From: an uncultured Chthonomonadaceae bacterium
GTDB taxonomy: Bacteria; Armatimonadota; Chthonomonadetes; Chthonomonadales; CAJBBX01
Direction: 5' to 3'
Length of the DNA stretch: 64,000 nucleotides
NCBI GenBank assembly: GCA_964519955.1
Contig: CAZFLM010000021.1
Coordinates: forward strand, 16,276 to 80,275
Part shown: one piece after another, positions 1-8,350 of the stretch
How the letters are laid out: each line of letters starts with the position of its first letter
Position numbering within the stretch: position 1 is the stretch's first letter
Notes under the pieces: generated by a model
The model's database searches: none
What the model was told of the DNA's origin: nothing
What the model saw: only the letters and a program-made list of their open reading frames with translations
Translations under genes and position numbers: made by a program

Positions 1-306
1 CAGAAGCTGGCCTACCTGCGCACCGCCGTCTGGTCGGACGCGGAGCGCGACCTGGTGCTCGAGTCCGGCAGCGACGACGGCACCAAGGCATGGTGGAACG
101 GCGACATCGTCATCAACGTGAACGTGCAGCGCGCCGTGGCCCCCGCCCAGGAGAAGACGAAGCTCCACCTGAAGGCCGGCTGGAACCAGCTCATGCTGAA
201 GATCCCGCAGAACGTCATGGGCTGGGGCGCGGTGGCCCGGTTCACGAACCCGGACGGCACGCCGGCCACGGGTCTGCGCTTCGCGGTTCCCTCGGCGGCG
301 AGGTAG
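1..306 (+). CDS. 3' end of a gene entering the window; C-terminal beta-sandwich domain of a probable secreted/periplasmic protein
   Basis: Frame 1 is open from base 1 (QKLAYLRTAVWSDAERDLVLESGSDDGTKAWWNG...LKAGWNQLMLK) to TAG at 304-306. The GSDDG..W.NG / L..GWN.L.LK pattern is typical of accessory jelly-roll domains. Confidence 0.7.
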   Translation, partial: QKLAYLRTAVWSDAERDLVLESGSDDGTKAWWNGDIVINVNVQRAVAPAQEKTKLHLKAGWNQLMLKIPQNVMGWGAVARFTNPDGTPATGLRFAVPSAAR

Positions 307-321
307 AACGCCGTAAGAACG

Positions 322-350
322 TTGCAGGAACTACGTGCATATGGCATACT
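322..350 (+). promoter_or_regulatory. sigma70-type promoter of the TA operon
   Basis: TTGCAG (322-327), 17-nt spacer, CATACT (345-350), with TGn extended -10 (342-344). Confidence 0.55.
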
Positions 351-385
351 ACCGATCAGGGGGCGCGCAGCCCCCTGATCGGTAG
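349..385. promoter_or_regulatory. Perfect 16-bp inverted repeat, probable antitoxin operator
   Basis: ctaccgatcagggggc (349-364), 5-nt loop gcgca, gccccctgatcggtag (370-385). Overlaps the -10/TSS and abuts the RBS of the antitoxin. Confidence 0.7.
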
Positions 386-395
386 AGGTGACGCG

Positions 396-635
396 ATGAC
401 CAGAACGCTTCAGAAGATCGGCAACAGCAAGGGCCTGGTGCTCACCAAGACGATGCTCGACCACCTCGGCGTGACGGACACCGTCGAGGTGCAGCTCATC
501 GACAAGCAGATCGTCCTGACGGCGCCGGCTGCTCCCGAGGATGAAGACCGGGCAGTCTACGAGAAAGCTAAGCGAGACACCGTCGAGCAGTACGCCGAGG
601 CCATCCGCAGGCTGGGGGATGCGTCTGAGCTGTAA
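396..635 (+). CDS. AbrB/MazE/SpoVT-family antitoxin
   Basis: MTRTLQKIGNSKGLVLTKTMLDHLGVTDTVEVQLIDKQIVLT is the AbrB swapped-hairpin signature. GAGG RBS; lies directly upstream of a Doc toxin. Confidence 0.9.
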   Translation: MTRTLQKIGNSKGLVLTKTMLDHLGVTDTVEVQLIDKQIVLTAPAAPEDEDRAVYEKAKRDTVEQYAEAIRRLGDASEL

Positions 636-644
636 CCAAGCGCC

Positions 645-1106
645 ATGGCACAGCAACCAAGGCAGGCGAGGATCAGGTTCCTGACCTACGATCTCGTGAA
701 TGACCTTCACGAGACGGTCGTACGCTTCGTGTCGGCCACAGAGTCGCTCGCCATCCGCGACGACGGACTGCTGCGGTCAGCCCTGGCAACCCCACAGCAG
801 ACCTGGGAAGGTGCGTACGTGTACGGCTCGCTGGCCGAGATGGCCGCCGCGTACCTGATCGGCCTCTGTCAGAACCACCCGTACGAGAACGGCAACAAGC
901 GGATCGGCTTCACCGCCTGTTCCACGTTCCTGCGGATGAATGGGTACCAGCTAGTCCTGTCGCAAGACGAGGCCGTGCAACTGACCCTCGACGTAGTCAC
1001 GCACTCGCGCAGCCGCGAGGATGTGGTATCCCTGATCGAGCGGGCGATGCGCCCGCTTCAGGATTCCCCAGCGCCACCGATCGACGCGTCACAACCCGAG
1101 ACCTAA
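645..1106 (+). CDS. doc: Fic/Doc (death-on-curing) family toxin
   Basis: IRDDGLLRSALATP and Doc motif variant HPYENGNKR followed by FLRMNG. Confidence 0.9.
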   Translation: MAQQPRQARIRFLTYDLVNDLHETVVRFVSATESLAIRDDGLLRSALATPQQTWEGAYVYGSLAEMAAAYLIGLCQNHPYENGNKRIGFTACSTFLRMNGYQLVLSQDEAVQLTLDVVTHSRSREDVVSLIERAMRPLQDSPAPPIDASQPET

Positions 1107-1119
1107 GGAGGTAACCCCC

Positions 1120-1617
1120 ATGAGCACGACCGAGAGCAATCTGGCCCACGCGTTCGCCGGCGAGAGCCAGGCCAACCGCAAGTACCTCGCCTTCGCCAAG
1201 AAGGCCGAGCAGGAAGGCTTCACCACGATCGCCCGCCTCTTCCGCGCCGCGGCGGAGGCCGAGACCATCCACGCGCACGGGCACCTGGCCGCGATGGACG
1301 GCGTCGGTTCCACGCTGGACAACCTGAAGGCGGCATTCGGCGGCGAGACTGAGGAGTACACCTCGATGTACCCGCCCATGCTCGCCCAGGCCGAGGCGGA
1401 TGGCCACAAGGCGAAGCGCATGTTCGGCTACGCGCTGAAGGCCGAGGAGGTCCACGCGAAGCTCTACCAGATGGCCATCGACGCGGCCGCCGAGGGCAAG
1501 GACCTGACGGGCGTCGACTTCTACCTCTGCCCGATCTGCGGCAACATCGAGCTTGGCCAGGCGCCCGAGACCTGCTCCATCTGCGGCGCCAAGGGCGAGA
1601 AGTTCATCAAGATGTAG
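1120..1617 (+). CDS. rbr: Rubrerythrin
   Basis: AFAGESQANRKY, AEAETIHA, E..Y..MYP di-iron helices; C-terminal rubredoxin CPICG...CSICG. Confidence 0.95.
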   Translation: MSTTESNLAHAFAGESQANRKYLAFAKKAEQEGFTTIARLFRAAAEAETIHAHGHLAAMDGVGSTLDNLKAAFGGETEEYTSMYPPMLAQAEADGHKAKRMFGYALKAEEVHAKLYQMAIDAAAEGKDLTGVDFYLCPICGNIELGQAPETCSICGAKGEKFIKM

Positions 1618-1868
1618 GCGGCCGCGGCCGGCCCGAGACGGCCGGCTCCCGCGCCTCGAAGGGCTAGCTGGTCGAGTGGCGGCAGTGTGTGGTTGCACGG
1701 CCGCTGCACCGCAAGCATCTGTCCCCCTGGTTCCTGAGGCTGCCGGCACGGCGCGCGCAGTTGTGGGCCCGTAGCTATCGGGGCATGGCCGCCGTCGGCA
1801 TCGGCGCAGGCTTGATCGGGAGCGGGCTAGCCTTGACCCGCGTGTCGGGCGGAGGTGATGGATGCCCG

Positions 1869-2360
1869 CTACGGCTTCGGCTTTACGGGGCGTTGCTGCC
1901 AGCGGCGATCGCGCTCCTTGCCCCGGCTGAGCAACGCGGCGCCGTATCCGCCGCCCAGGATGCTGCCCAAGACGCCCACGATGGTGGCCGCATAGATGCC
2001 CTGGGAGCGCCAAGCACAGACGATCGCCGCGCCAAAGCCCAGAGTAGCGATCCATGCGGTTACCAAGAGGCCGCGTGAGGATTGCCGTACGTCGTTCGCT
2101 ATCACCCTGGTCTCGAGGTCGATCCGGTGGGACGCCTGTGCTTCCATCATTGTCAGGAATCGATCGGCGGAGCCAGGCAGGACTCGCTCGTACTCCGCAA
2201 GCATCTCTGGAGGGATCGGTCCTTCATAGGAGGATGAAGCTGAGAACGAGACGACGTGCGTTCCTGGCGCGGTCAGTTGTGTGGGATGCGCGTCGGACTG
2301 GATGTCACGCTGTCGCCGCGACATCGCCGGGCTCCGGAGCGGTGCTGGTTCTTGAGCCAT
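1869..2360 (-). CDS. DUF2335 family predicted membrane protein (start uncertain, 2360 or 2324)
   Basis: YEGPIPPEMLAEYERVLPGSADRFLTMMEAQASHR followed by two TM helices. Confidence 0.8.
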   Translation of the reverse strand: MAQEPAPLRSPAMSRRQRDIQSDAHPTQLTAPGTHVVSFSASSSYEGPIPPEMLAEYERVLPGSADRFLTMMEAQASHRIDLETRVIANDVRQSSRGLLVTAWIATLGFGAAIVCAWRSQGIYAATIVGVLGSILGGGYGAALLSRGKERDRRWQQRPVKPKP

Positions 2361-2559
2361 CCTGCAACTGAAGCCGGTTCCATGCAGCCCGCATGTCTCC
2401 AATCAGGGCTGCGTAGTCGGTCGCCATGGCGAGGGCATCCGCCTCCTCAGGTGATCGGCACGAGTTGTACTCGTTCAGTCCGCCGGCTAGGTCCATCGCG
2501 CGGGCAACGCCCTCGACGAACGATGGTCGGGCGAAAAGTACAAAGCTGTTGGTGCCCAT
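2305..2559 (-). CDS. Small conserved hypothetical protein upstream of DUF2335
   Basis: GAGG-N5-ATG at 2559; LFARPSFVEGVARAMDLAGGLNEYN..S..EAD..A...D pattern recognised from genes that precede DUF2335. Confidence 0.7.
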   Translation of the reverse strand: MGTNSFVLFARPSFVEGVARAMDLAGGLNEYNSCRSPEEADALAMATDYAALIGDMRAAWNRLQLQDGSRTSTAPEPGDVAATA

Positions 2560-2702
2560 AGGTACCTCGCTGGTGCGCTGGTCACGACGCATCGTGTTTC
2601 CATTATACGTCGATCTGTCAAGGATCTGCACCCGCCCGTCCCGCGATAGCGCATTGCCGGACGGGACGGGCGTTGGATGCACCATAGGGACATCGGTTCA
2701 CC

Positions 2703-3554
2703 ATGACCCTCCTCGACCTGATCTCCCGCGACCCGAGCCCCGAGCCGTGGGCGGCCGGCGACAACATCCCCTGGCACGAGCCTGGCTTCAGCGCGCGCAT
2801 GCTGGCCGAGCATCTTTCGCAGGAACACGACGCCGCAAGCCGCCGCTCCGCCAAGATCGAGGCGCAGGTGGCCTGGATCCACCGGCACGTGCTCGTCGAG
2901 GCTGCGTCGCGCGTCCTCGACCTGGGGTGCGGCCCCGGCTTCTACTGCAGCCGCCTCGCCCGCCTCGGCCACACGTGCATCGGCGTCGACTACTCGCCTG
3001 CGTCCATCGAGTACGCCAGGGCCGAGGCCGAGCGCGAAGGGCTCGACTGCGCCTACGTGCTGGAGGATGTCCGCTCGTACGACCCGCATGGCCTGGGCGA
3101 CCTGGCGATGATGCTCTATGGCGAGCCGAACGTGTTCCGCCGCGAAGACCTGCGGGCCATCCTGGGCCGCGCTCGCGGCGTGCTGAGCCCCGGCGGGCGC
3201 GTCCTGCTGGAGCCACACACCTTCGAGGCTGTCGAAGCCATCGGTCGCTCCGGGACGAGTTGGTACACCGCCCCGGCCGGCCTCTTCTCCGACGCGCCGC
3301 ACCTCGTCCTGCAGGAGAACCAGTGGGACGACGCGACGCGTACCGCGACGACACGGTTCCACGTGATCGATGCCGCGACCGGCCAGGTCGCCACCCACGG
3401 CCGCACGATGCAGGCCTACACGCCGGAGGACTACGCCGCGCTTCTGCACGAGTGCGGGTTCGGCGGCGTGATCTTCCACCCGTCGCTCACCGGCGAGCCG
3501 GACGAGACGCAGGCCGCGCTGATCGTGGTGGTCGCGCAGGTGCACGCCGGCTGA
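2703..3554 (+). CDS. Class I SAM-dependent methyltransferase
   Basis: VLDLGCGPG motif I, GVDYS motif II, LEDVR, GGRVLLE. Confidence 0.9.
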   Translation: MTLLDLISRDPSPEPWAAGDNIPWHEPGFSARMLAEHLSQEHDAASRRSAKIEAQVAWIHRHVLVEAASRVLDLGCGPGFYCSRLARLGHTCIGVDYSPASIEYARAEAEREGLDCAYVLEDVRSYDPHGLGDLAMMLYGEPNVFRREDLRAILGRARGVLSPGGRVLLEPHTFEAVEAIGRSGTSWYTAPAGLFSDAPHLVLQENQWDDATRTATTRFHVIDAATGQVATHGRTMQAYTPEDYAALLHECGFGGVIFHPSLTGEPDETQAALIVVVAQVHAG

Positions 3555-3576
3555 TCGACAAACACGGAGGTAGGCG

Positions 3577-4794
3577 ATGAGAGTGCACGCAGCTCCGGCA
3601 TTGGCGTTCTCGGTCTTCCTGGTATGCGTGTGCCGGATCGCGTCGGCCCAGCCCGCTCCCAAGATGGACGCGGCCCTAGCGAAGGACTGGCTCCAGCGTT
3701 GGGAGGCCAACATCGTCGCCGACTCGCGCAACCGCTACTGTGACAAGGAGATGGGCGAGGAGATCGGCTGGCTCATCAGCCCCTTCTCGGAGGGCTTCTG
3801 CTGGGGCTACGAGGCCACCGGCGACACGAAGTGGATCGACCGGCTGATCGAGTGGACCGACGCGTGGGTGAAGCGCGGCGTCAAGGAGCCCGACGGGTAC
3901 ACAGGCTGGCCCAAGGACGACGGCGCCAGCACACAGGTCGTGCCCGGCCTCTACACGGACAACATCCTGGGCGAGGCGATGGGCCTGAAGCCTGCTGTGC
4001 ACATCGCCGGGCTCATTCTGCGCACGCCCGCGCTCAAGGCGACGTACGGCGACAAGGCGCGCGAGTACCTGGCCCTGGCCGAGCGCACGTTCGAGAAGTG
4101 GGACAAGCGCGGGTGCTGGCGCGAGGCGAAGACCGGCGGCGTCTGGGTGGTGCCGACCTTCGGCATCGACAAGGCGACTGGCAAGTGGACCGAGGAGTAC
4201 GCGCGCAAGGGCGTCGACGGCTTCTCGCTGCCCGCCAACAAGCAGAACCTGGTCGCCATGTGGATGCTGGAGCTGTACGACGCCACGAAGAAGCCGGTCT
4301 ACCGCGAGCGCGCCGAGAAGTGGTTCCAGCAGATGAAGTCGCGCATTCGCATGGTCGATGGCGGCAAGCGCTGCGAGTGGAACTACTGGGACCCCGCTGG
4401 CCCGTGGGACTACAAGCCCGACGGCTCGACGAAACACTGGGTCGGCGTGCATCCCAACGGCGGCTACTACTTCGTCGACACCGAAGGCATCGCGGCAGCG
4501 TACGAGCACGGCCTCGTGTTCACGAAGCAGGACATCGACCGGCTCATCGCCACGAACCGCGACTTCATGTGGAACCAGCGGGTTAAGGGCGCCAAGTTCC
4601 AGTCCATCAACGGCGGCCCGCCCGACGACCGATGGAAGGACAGCCCCGGCACGCTCTGGCTCGGCATGGCGCCGTACGACGCGAAGCTGCGCGAGGTCTT
4701 CGAGGCCAACCACAACCCCGCAAGCTGGGGCGGCCTCTCCGCGACGCCCTGGTACGTGGCGCGCATGACGGGGAAGGTGGCGGCGGGGAGGTAG
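3577..4794 (+). CDS. Secreted hypothetical protein, probable (alpha/alpha) toroid glycosidase/lyase-like fold
   Basis: GGAGG RBS; signal peptide (ASA|Q); repeated helical W/Y motifs such as YEATGDTKWID and LYDATKKPVYRERAEKWF. Confidence 0.6.
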   Translation: MRVHAAPALAFSVFLVCVCRIASAQPAPKMDAALAKDWLQRWEANIVADSRNRYCDKEMGEEIGWLISPFSEGFCWGYEATGDTKWIDRLIEWTDAWVKRGVKEPDGYTGWPKDDGASTQVVPGLYTDNILGEAMGLKPAVHIAGLILRTPALKATYGDKAREYLALAERTFEKWDKRGCWREAKTGGVWVVPTFGIDKATGKWTEEYARKGVDGFSLPANKQNLVAMWMLELYDATKKPVYRERAEKWFQQMKSRIRMVDGGKRCEWNYWDPAGPWDYKPDGSTKHWVGVHPNGGYYFVDTEGIAAAYEHGLVFTKQDIDRLIATNRDFMWNQRVKGAKFQSINGGPPDDRWKDSPGTLWLGMAPYDAKLREVFEANHNPASWGGLSATPWYVARMTGKVAAGR

Positions 4795-4940
4795 TCGGGC
4801 GTCAGCCGGACTGGACGGCACGGGCCTGATCTGCCTCCTGTACACCAGCATCAAGGTATGGTACATTCAGAGTACAGACCGGCCGCGCGCCCTCGCCATG
4901 GGCTGGCGGACGGCATCATCACCGTGGGAGGACAGCCTGG

Positions 4941-5150
4941 ATGGCGATCGTGCATACAGAGACAGCCGCCGACGTGGCTGCCCCGCTCGCGCGCAACGGC
5001 CCGTCATCAGAGGACAAGATGGCCAAGCTGATCGCGCTTGTTGACGAGTGGATGAAGGACGAGACTGGATATGATGAGATGGCGTGGCCAATCCTGGCGA
5101 AGGCCTTGAACGAGAACCGCCTCTCTGCGCGAGATCGCGTGGTTGAGTAA
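4941..5150 (+). CDS. Putative antitoxin of unnamed family
   Basis: 69 aa, GGAGG RBS, acidic DEWMKDETGYDEMAWP segment; stop overlaps the TTG start of the PIN toxin. Confidence 0.7.
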   Translation: MAIVHTETAADVAAPLARNGPSSEDKMAKLIALVDEWMKDETGYDEMAWPILAKALNENRLSARDRVVE

Positions 5151-5574
5151 GCTCCTGCTTCTCGATTCGGGCCCGCTTGGCAGGCTTGCCCACCCGAAGC
5201 GAACGCTCGTTGTCTCGCAGTGGATCGCTGCGGTGCACGACAGCGGCGACCTGCTCGTCATACCCGAGATCGCCGACTACGAGGTCAGGCGCAGCCTGCT
5301 TCTCGCCGGGCTCGGCGCCTCGATCGTGCGCCTGAACTGCCTTCGGGAGACCCTCGACTTCGTCGCGATAGACAGCCAGACGATGCTCCTTGCTGCAGAG
5401 CTGTGGGCCGATGCTAGGCGCCGTGGTCGGCCGACAGCCGCCCCATCCGAATTGGATGGCGACGTGATCCTGGCCGCCCAGGCCATCCTTGTTGGAGCGG
5501 TCGTCGTTACCGATAACTCAGCACACGTAGCTCAGTTCGTCGACACGCTCGACTGGCAGACGCTGGCGCCCTGA
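5143..5574 (+). CDS. PIN-domain (VapC-like) ribonuclease toxin
   Basis: LLLDSGPLG, PEIADYEVRR, DGDVILAAQA, VVTDN carry the conserved PIN acidic residues. Confidence 0.88.
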   Translation: MSKLLLLDSGPLGRLAHPKRTLVVSQWIAAVHDSGDLLVIPEIADYEVRRSLLLAGLGASIVRLNCLRETLDFVAIDSQTMLLAAELWADARRRGRPTAAPSELDGDVILAAQAILVGAVVVTDNSAHVAQFVDTLDWQTLAP

Positions 5575-5636
5575 CTACGACAGCATCGGCGTCCCGGTAG
5601 CCCTGCTGGCGACTGCGGTGGCCTCCCTCAACCCAC

Positions 5637-6749
5637 ATGATCCCGCTCCTACTCGGCATCCTCGTCCTGCTCATCTGGCTCGGCATGGCGCTCGGGCACG
5701 CCTGGTTCTGGCGCGTCGACGACGAGCCCGTGCCGGAGCCGCCTGCCGCCTGGCCCACGGTTGCCGCCGTCATCCCCGCGCGGAACGAGGAGGCGGTGCT
5801 GGGCGAGGCGCTGCGGTCGCTGGCGGCGCAGGACTACGCCGGGGAGCTGCGCGTCGTGGTGGTGAACGACCACAGCGATGACCGCACCGCACAGATCGCG
5901 CGGGAGGCCGGCGTCGGGGTGCTGAGCGCCGAGCCGCTGCCCGCGGGTTGGGCGGGCAAGGTATGGGCGATGGAGCAGGGGCTCCGGCACGTTCTGGCGC
6001 AGCCCGAACCGCCCGCCTACGTGCTCTTCTGCGACGCCGACATCGGGCACGGGCCGGGCACGGTGCGCGAGCTGGTCTGCAGGGCCGAGGCGACGGGCAG
6101 CGACCTCACCTCGCTCATGGTGCGCCTCGAGTGCCGCACGCTGCCCGAGCGGCTGATGATCCCGGCGTTCGTGTTCTTCTTCCGCATGCTCTACCCGTTC
6201 CGGCGCGTCAACGACCCCGCCGACAAGGTGGCTGGCGCGGCAGGCGGCACGATGCTCCTGCGGCGCAGGGCGTTGGAGCGCATCGGCGGGCTGGAGCGCA
6301 TCCGCGGCGCCGTCATCGACGACTGCTCGCTGGCGCGGGCGGTGAAGGCGGGCGGGCATCGCATCTGGCTGGGCATGGCGCGCGGTTCGGCAAGCCTGCG
6401 CGGCTACGGCGGCCTCGGCGGCATCCTGCACATGGTCGCGCGCTCGGCCTACACGCAGCTCGGACACTCGCCGCTCGCGCTGCTCGGCTGCGTCGTGGGC
6501 CTGGCGCTCACGTTCCTGGCGCCGGTGGCGCTCCTCGGCTGCGGCGGGTGGCCCGCGGCGCTCGGGGCGCTGGCGTGGCTGACGATGGCGCTCGTCTACC
6601 TGCCGATGGTCCGCTTCTACCGCCTGAGCCCCTGCTGGGCCGCCGCCCTTCCGCTAGCCGCGACGCTCTACCTCTACGCGACGCTCCTCTCGGCGTGGCG
6701 GCACCACCGCGGGCGCGGGGCGCAGTGGAAAGGGCGATCCCAGTCGTAG
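5637..6749 (+). CDS. GT2 glycosyltransferase, hopanoid-associated HpnB-like
   Basis: IPARNE, VNDHSDDRT, LPAGWAGKVWA, DADI, IDDCSLA, MVARSAYTQL, C-terminal TM helices. Confidence 0.85.
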   Translation: MIPLLLGILVLLIWLGMALGHAWFWRVDDEPVPEPPAAWPTVAAVIPARNEEAVLGEALRSLAAQDYAGELRVVVVNDHSDDRTAQIAREAGVGVLSAEPLPAGWAGKVWAMEQGLRHVLAQPEPPAYVLFCDADIGHGPGTVRELVCRAEATGSDLTSLMVRLECRTLPERLMIPAFVFFFRMLYPFRRVNDPADKVAGAAGGTMLLRRRALERIGGLERIRGAVIDDCSLARAVKAGGHRIWLGMARGSASLRGYGGLGGILHMVARSAYTQLGHSPLALLGCVVGLALTFLAPVALLGCGGWPAALGALAWLTMALVYLPMVRFYRLSPCWAAALPLAATLYLYATLLSAWRHHRGRGAQWKGRSQS

Positions 6750-6844
6750 GCGCGGCGCCAACAGGATTCCGACCTCCCGCCAGGGAACGACAAGCATGTG
6801 GCCCGCCGACTGAGCGGCGAAAGGCCACGCGAAGGAGCAGAGCA

Positions 6845-8266
6845 TTGGATCCCGTATCGCGCAGAACGTTCCTGGAGGGCTCGCTGGCCGCACTGGCGGC
6901 GTCGGCGGTGCCGGCTTCGGCAGACACCGAGGCATTCGTCGCCGCCCCCTACGTGCAGCTTGGCGACGCGCCGGTAGTCGGCTCGCATACCAGTCTGGCG
7001 GTGCTGTGGCTCGCCGCGGACGCCGAAGCGCAGTGGGCCGTCGAGTACCGATCCGCCAATGGCGACTGGCGCAAGGCGACGCGCCCGCGCTACCGGCTCG
7101 TAGCAGCGTCCGGCGTGCAGCGGCACCGTGTCTATCGGACCACCCTATCCGGCCTTGCGCCCGGCGAGACCGTCGAGTACCGCGTGGCGAAGGGCGGCGC
7201 GGTCGTGTTCGAGACGAAGGCGCTGGCACGCAAGCCAACGGCCGCGCCATCGCGGTTCGTCATCTTCGGCGACTGCGGCGACGGCTCGGCCTCGCAGCGC
7301 CGCATCGCCTACCACACCTATCAGCAGAAGCCGGACTACGTCGTCATCCCTGGCGATATCGTGTACGGGTCGGGCCTCATCAGCCAGTACCTGACGCGCT
7401 ACTTCCCGGTCTACAACTCAGACCATGCGTCACCCGAGACCGGTGGCCCGCTCTCGCGATCGACCATCTTCGTCGGCAACCTGGGCAACCACGACACGTA
7501 CGGCCGCGACTTCTACAACACGCCCGACGGGCTGGCCTACTACCTCTACTTCGACCAGCCGCTCAATGGCCCCTCGCTGGTGGCGGATGAGGCGAGCGCG
7601 ACCCCGATCGAGGCGCCCGAGGCCGAGCGGGAGGCGTTCCTGGAAGGATCTGGGCCTGCCTACGCCCGGATGGCCAACTTCTCCTTCGACTACGCCAACG
7701 TGCACTGGACCGTCCTGGACGCGAACGAGTATGTGAGCTGGGACGATCGGTACCTGCGCGACTGGCTCATCGCCGACCTGAAGCACGCCCAGGACGCGAC
7801 CTGGCGCTTCGTCGCATTCCATCATCCCGGGTTCAGCAGCTCCAAGGCCCACTACAGCGAGCAGCACATGCGCCGCCTGTCGCCCATCTTCGAGCGCTAC
7901 GGCGTCGACGTGGTGTGGGCCGGCCACGTGCACAACTACCAGCGCAGCAAGCCGCTCCACTTCCAACCAGCCAGGAACCCAAAGCCCACGGGCCCCCTGG
8001 ACGGCAAGTTCACATTCGACGAGGCCTACGATGGCGAGAAGGTGACCAAGGCGAATGGCATCATCTACATCGTGACCGGCGGCGGCGGCGCCACGCTCTA
8101 CAACGGCGAGCAGGAGAACAACCCGAAGACCTGGCAGCCCTTCACGAGCGTCTTCATCTCGAAGCTGCACTCGCTCACCGTGGCGGACATCGACGACAAG
8201 CGCCTCACCGTCCGCCAGATCGACGAGACCGGCGCCGAGCGCGACCGCTGGGTGCTGACGAAGTAG
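6845..8266 (+). CDS. Tat-exported metallophosphoesterase (purple acid phosphatase-like)
   Basis: AAGGAG RBS, TTG start; twin-arginine SRRTFL; FN3-like N-domain; GDCG, GDIVY, GNHD, HHP and GHVH metal motifs. Confidence 0.88.
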   Translation: MDPVSRRTFLEGSLAALAASAVPASADTEAFVAAPYVQLGDAPVVGSHTSLAVLWLAADAEAQWAVEYRSANGDWRKATRPRYRLVAASGVQRHRVYRTTLSGLAPGETVEYRVAKGGAVVFETKALARKPTAAPSRFVIFGDCGDGSASQRRIAYHTYQQKPDYVVIPGDIVYGSGLISQYLTRYFPVYNSDHASPETGGPLSRSTIFVGNLGNHDTYGRDFYNTPDGLAYYLYFDQPLNGPSLVADEASATPIEAPEAEREAFLEGSGPAYARMANFSFDYANVHWTVLDANEYVSWDDRYLRDWLIADLKHAQDATWRFVAFHHPGFSSSKAHYSEQHMRRLSPIFERYGVDVVWAGHVHNYQRSKPLHFQPARNPKPTGPLDGKFTFDEAYDGEKVTKANGIIYIVTGGGGATLYNGEQENNPKTWQPFTSVFISKLHSLTVADIDDKRLTVRQIDETGAERDRWVLTK

Positions 8267-8295
8267 GGCTGCCGGCAATGGTGCATGAGCGCTGT

Positions 8296-8323
8296 GGTGG
8301 GACGGGCGTCCCTGCCCGTCCAG
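8296..8323. repeat. REP-like hairpin, family A copy 1
   Basis: ggtgggacgggcgtccctgcccgtccag; 26/28 identical to 47815-47842. Confidence 0.65.
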
Positions 8324-8350
8324 TACGACCCATCGGTAGGTCGGGCTAAC

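Noticed and set aside
1618-1868. Structured ncRNA or small ORF after rubrerythrin
   Set aside because: Only a short GC hairpin (gccggcc-cgagac-ggccggc) without a U-tract; no known RNA motif recognised.
2602-2621. TTGACA and TATAAT on the minus strand as a promoter
   Set aside because: The two hexamers are only 8 nt apart; the -10 may be real but the pair is not a canonical promoter.
5948-6844. N-terminal 299 aa of the 772-aa ORF
   Set aside because: Overlaps the glycosyltransferase; the Tat signal and RBS place the real start at 6845.
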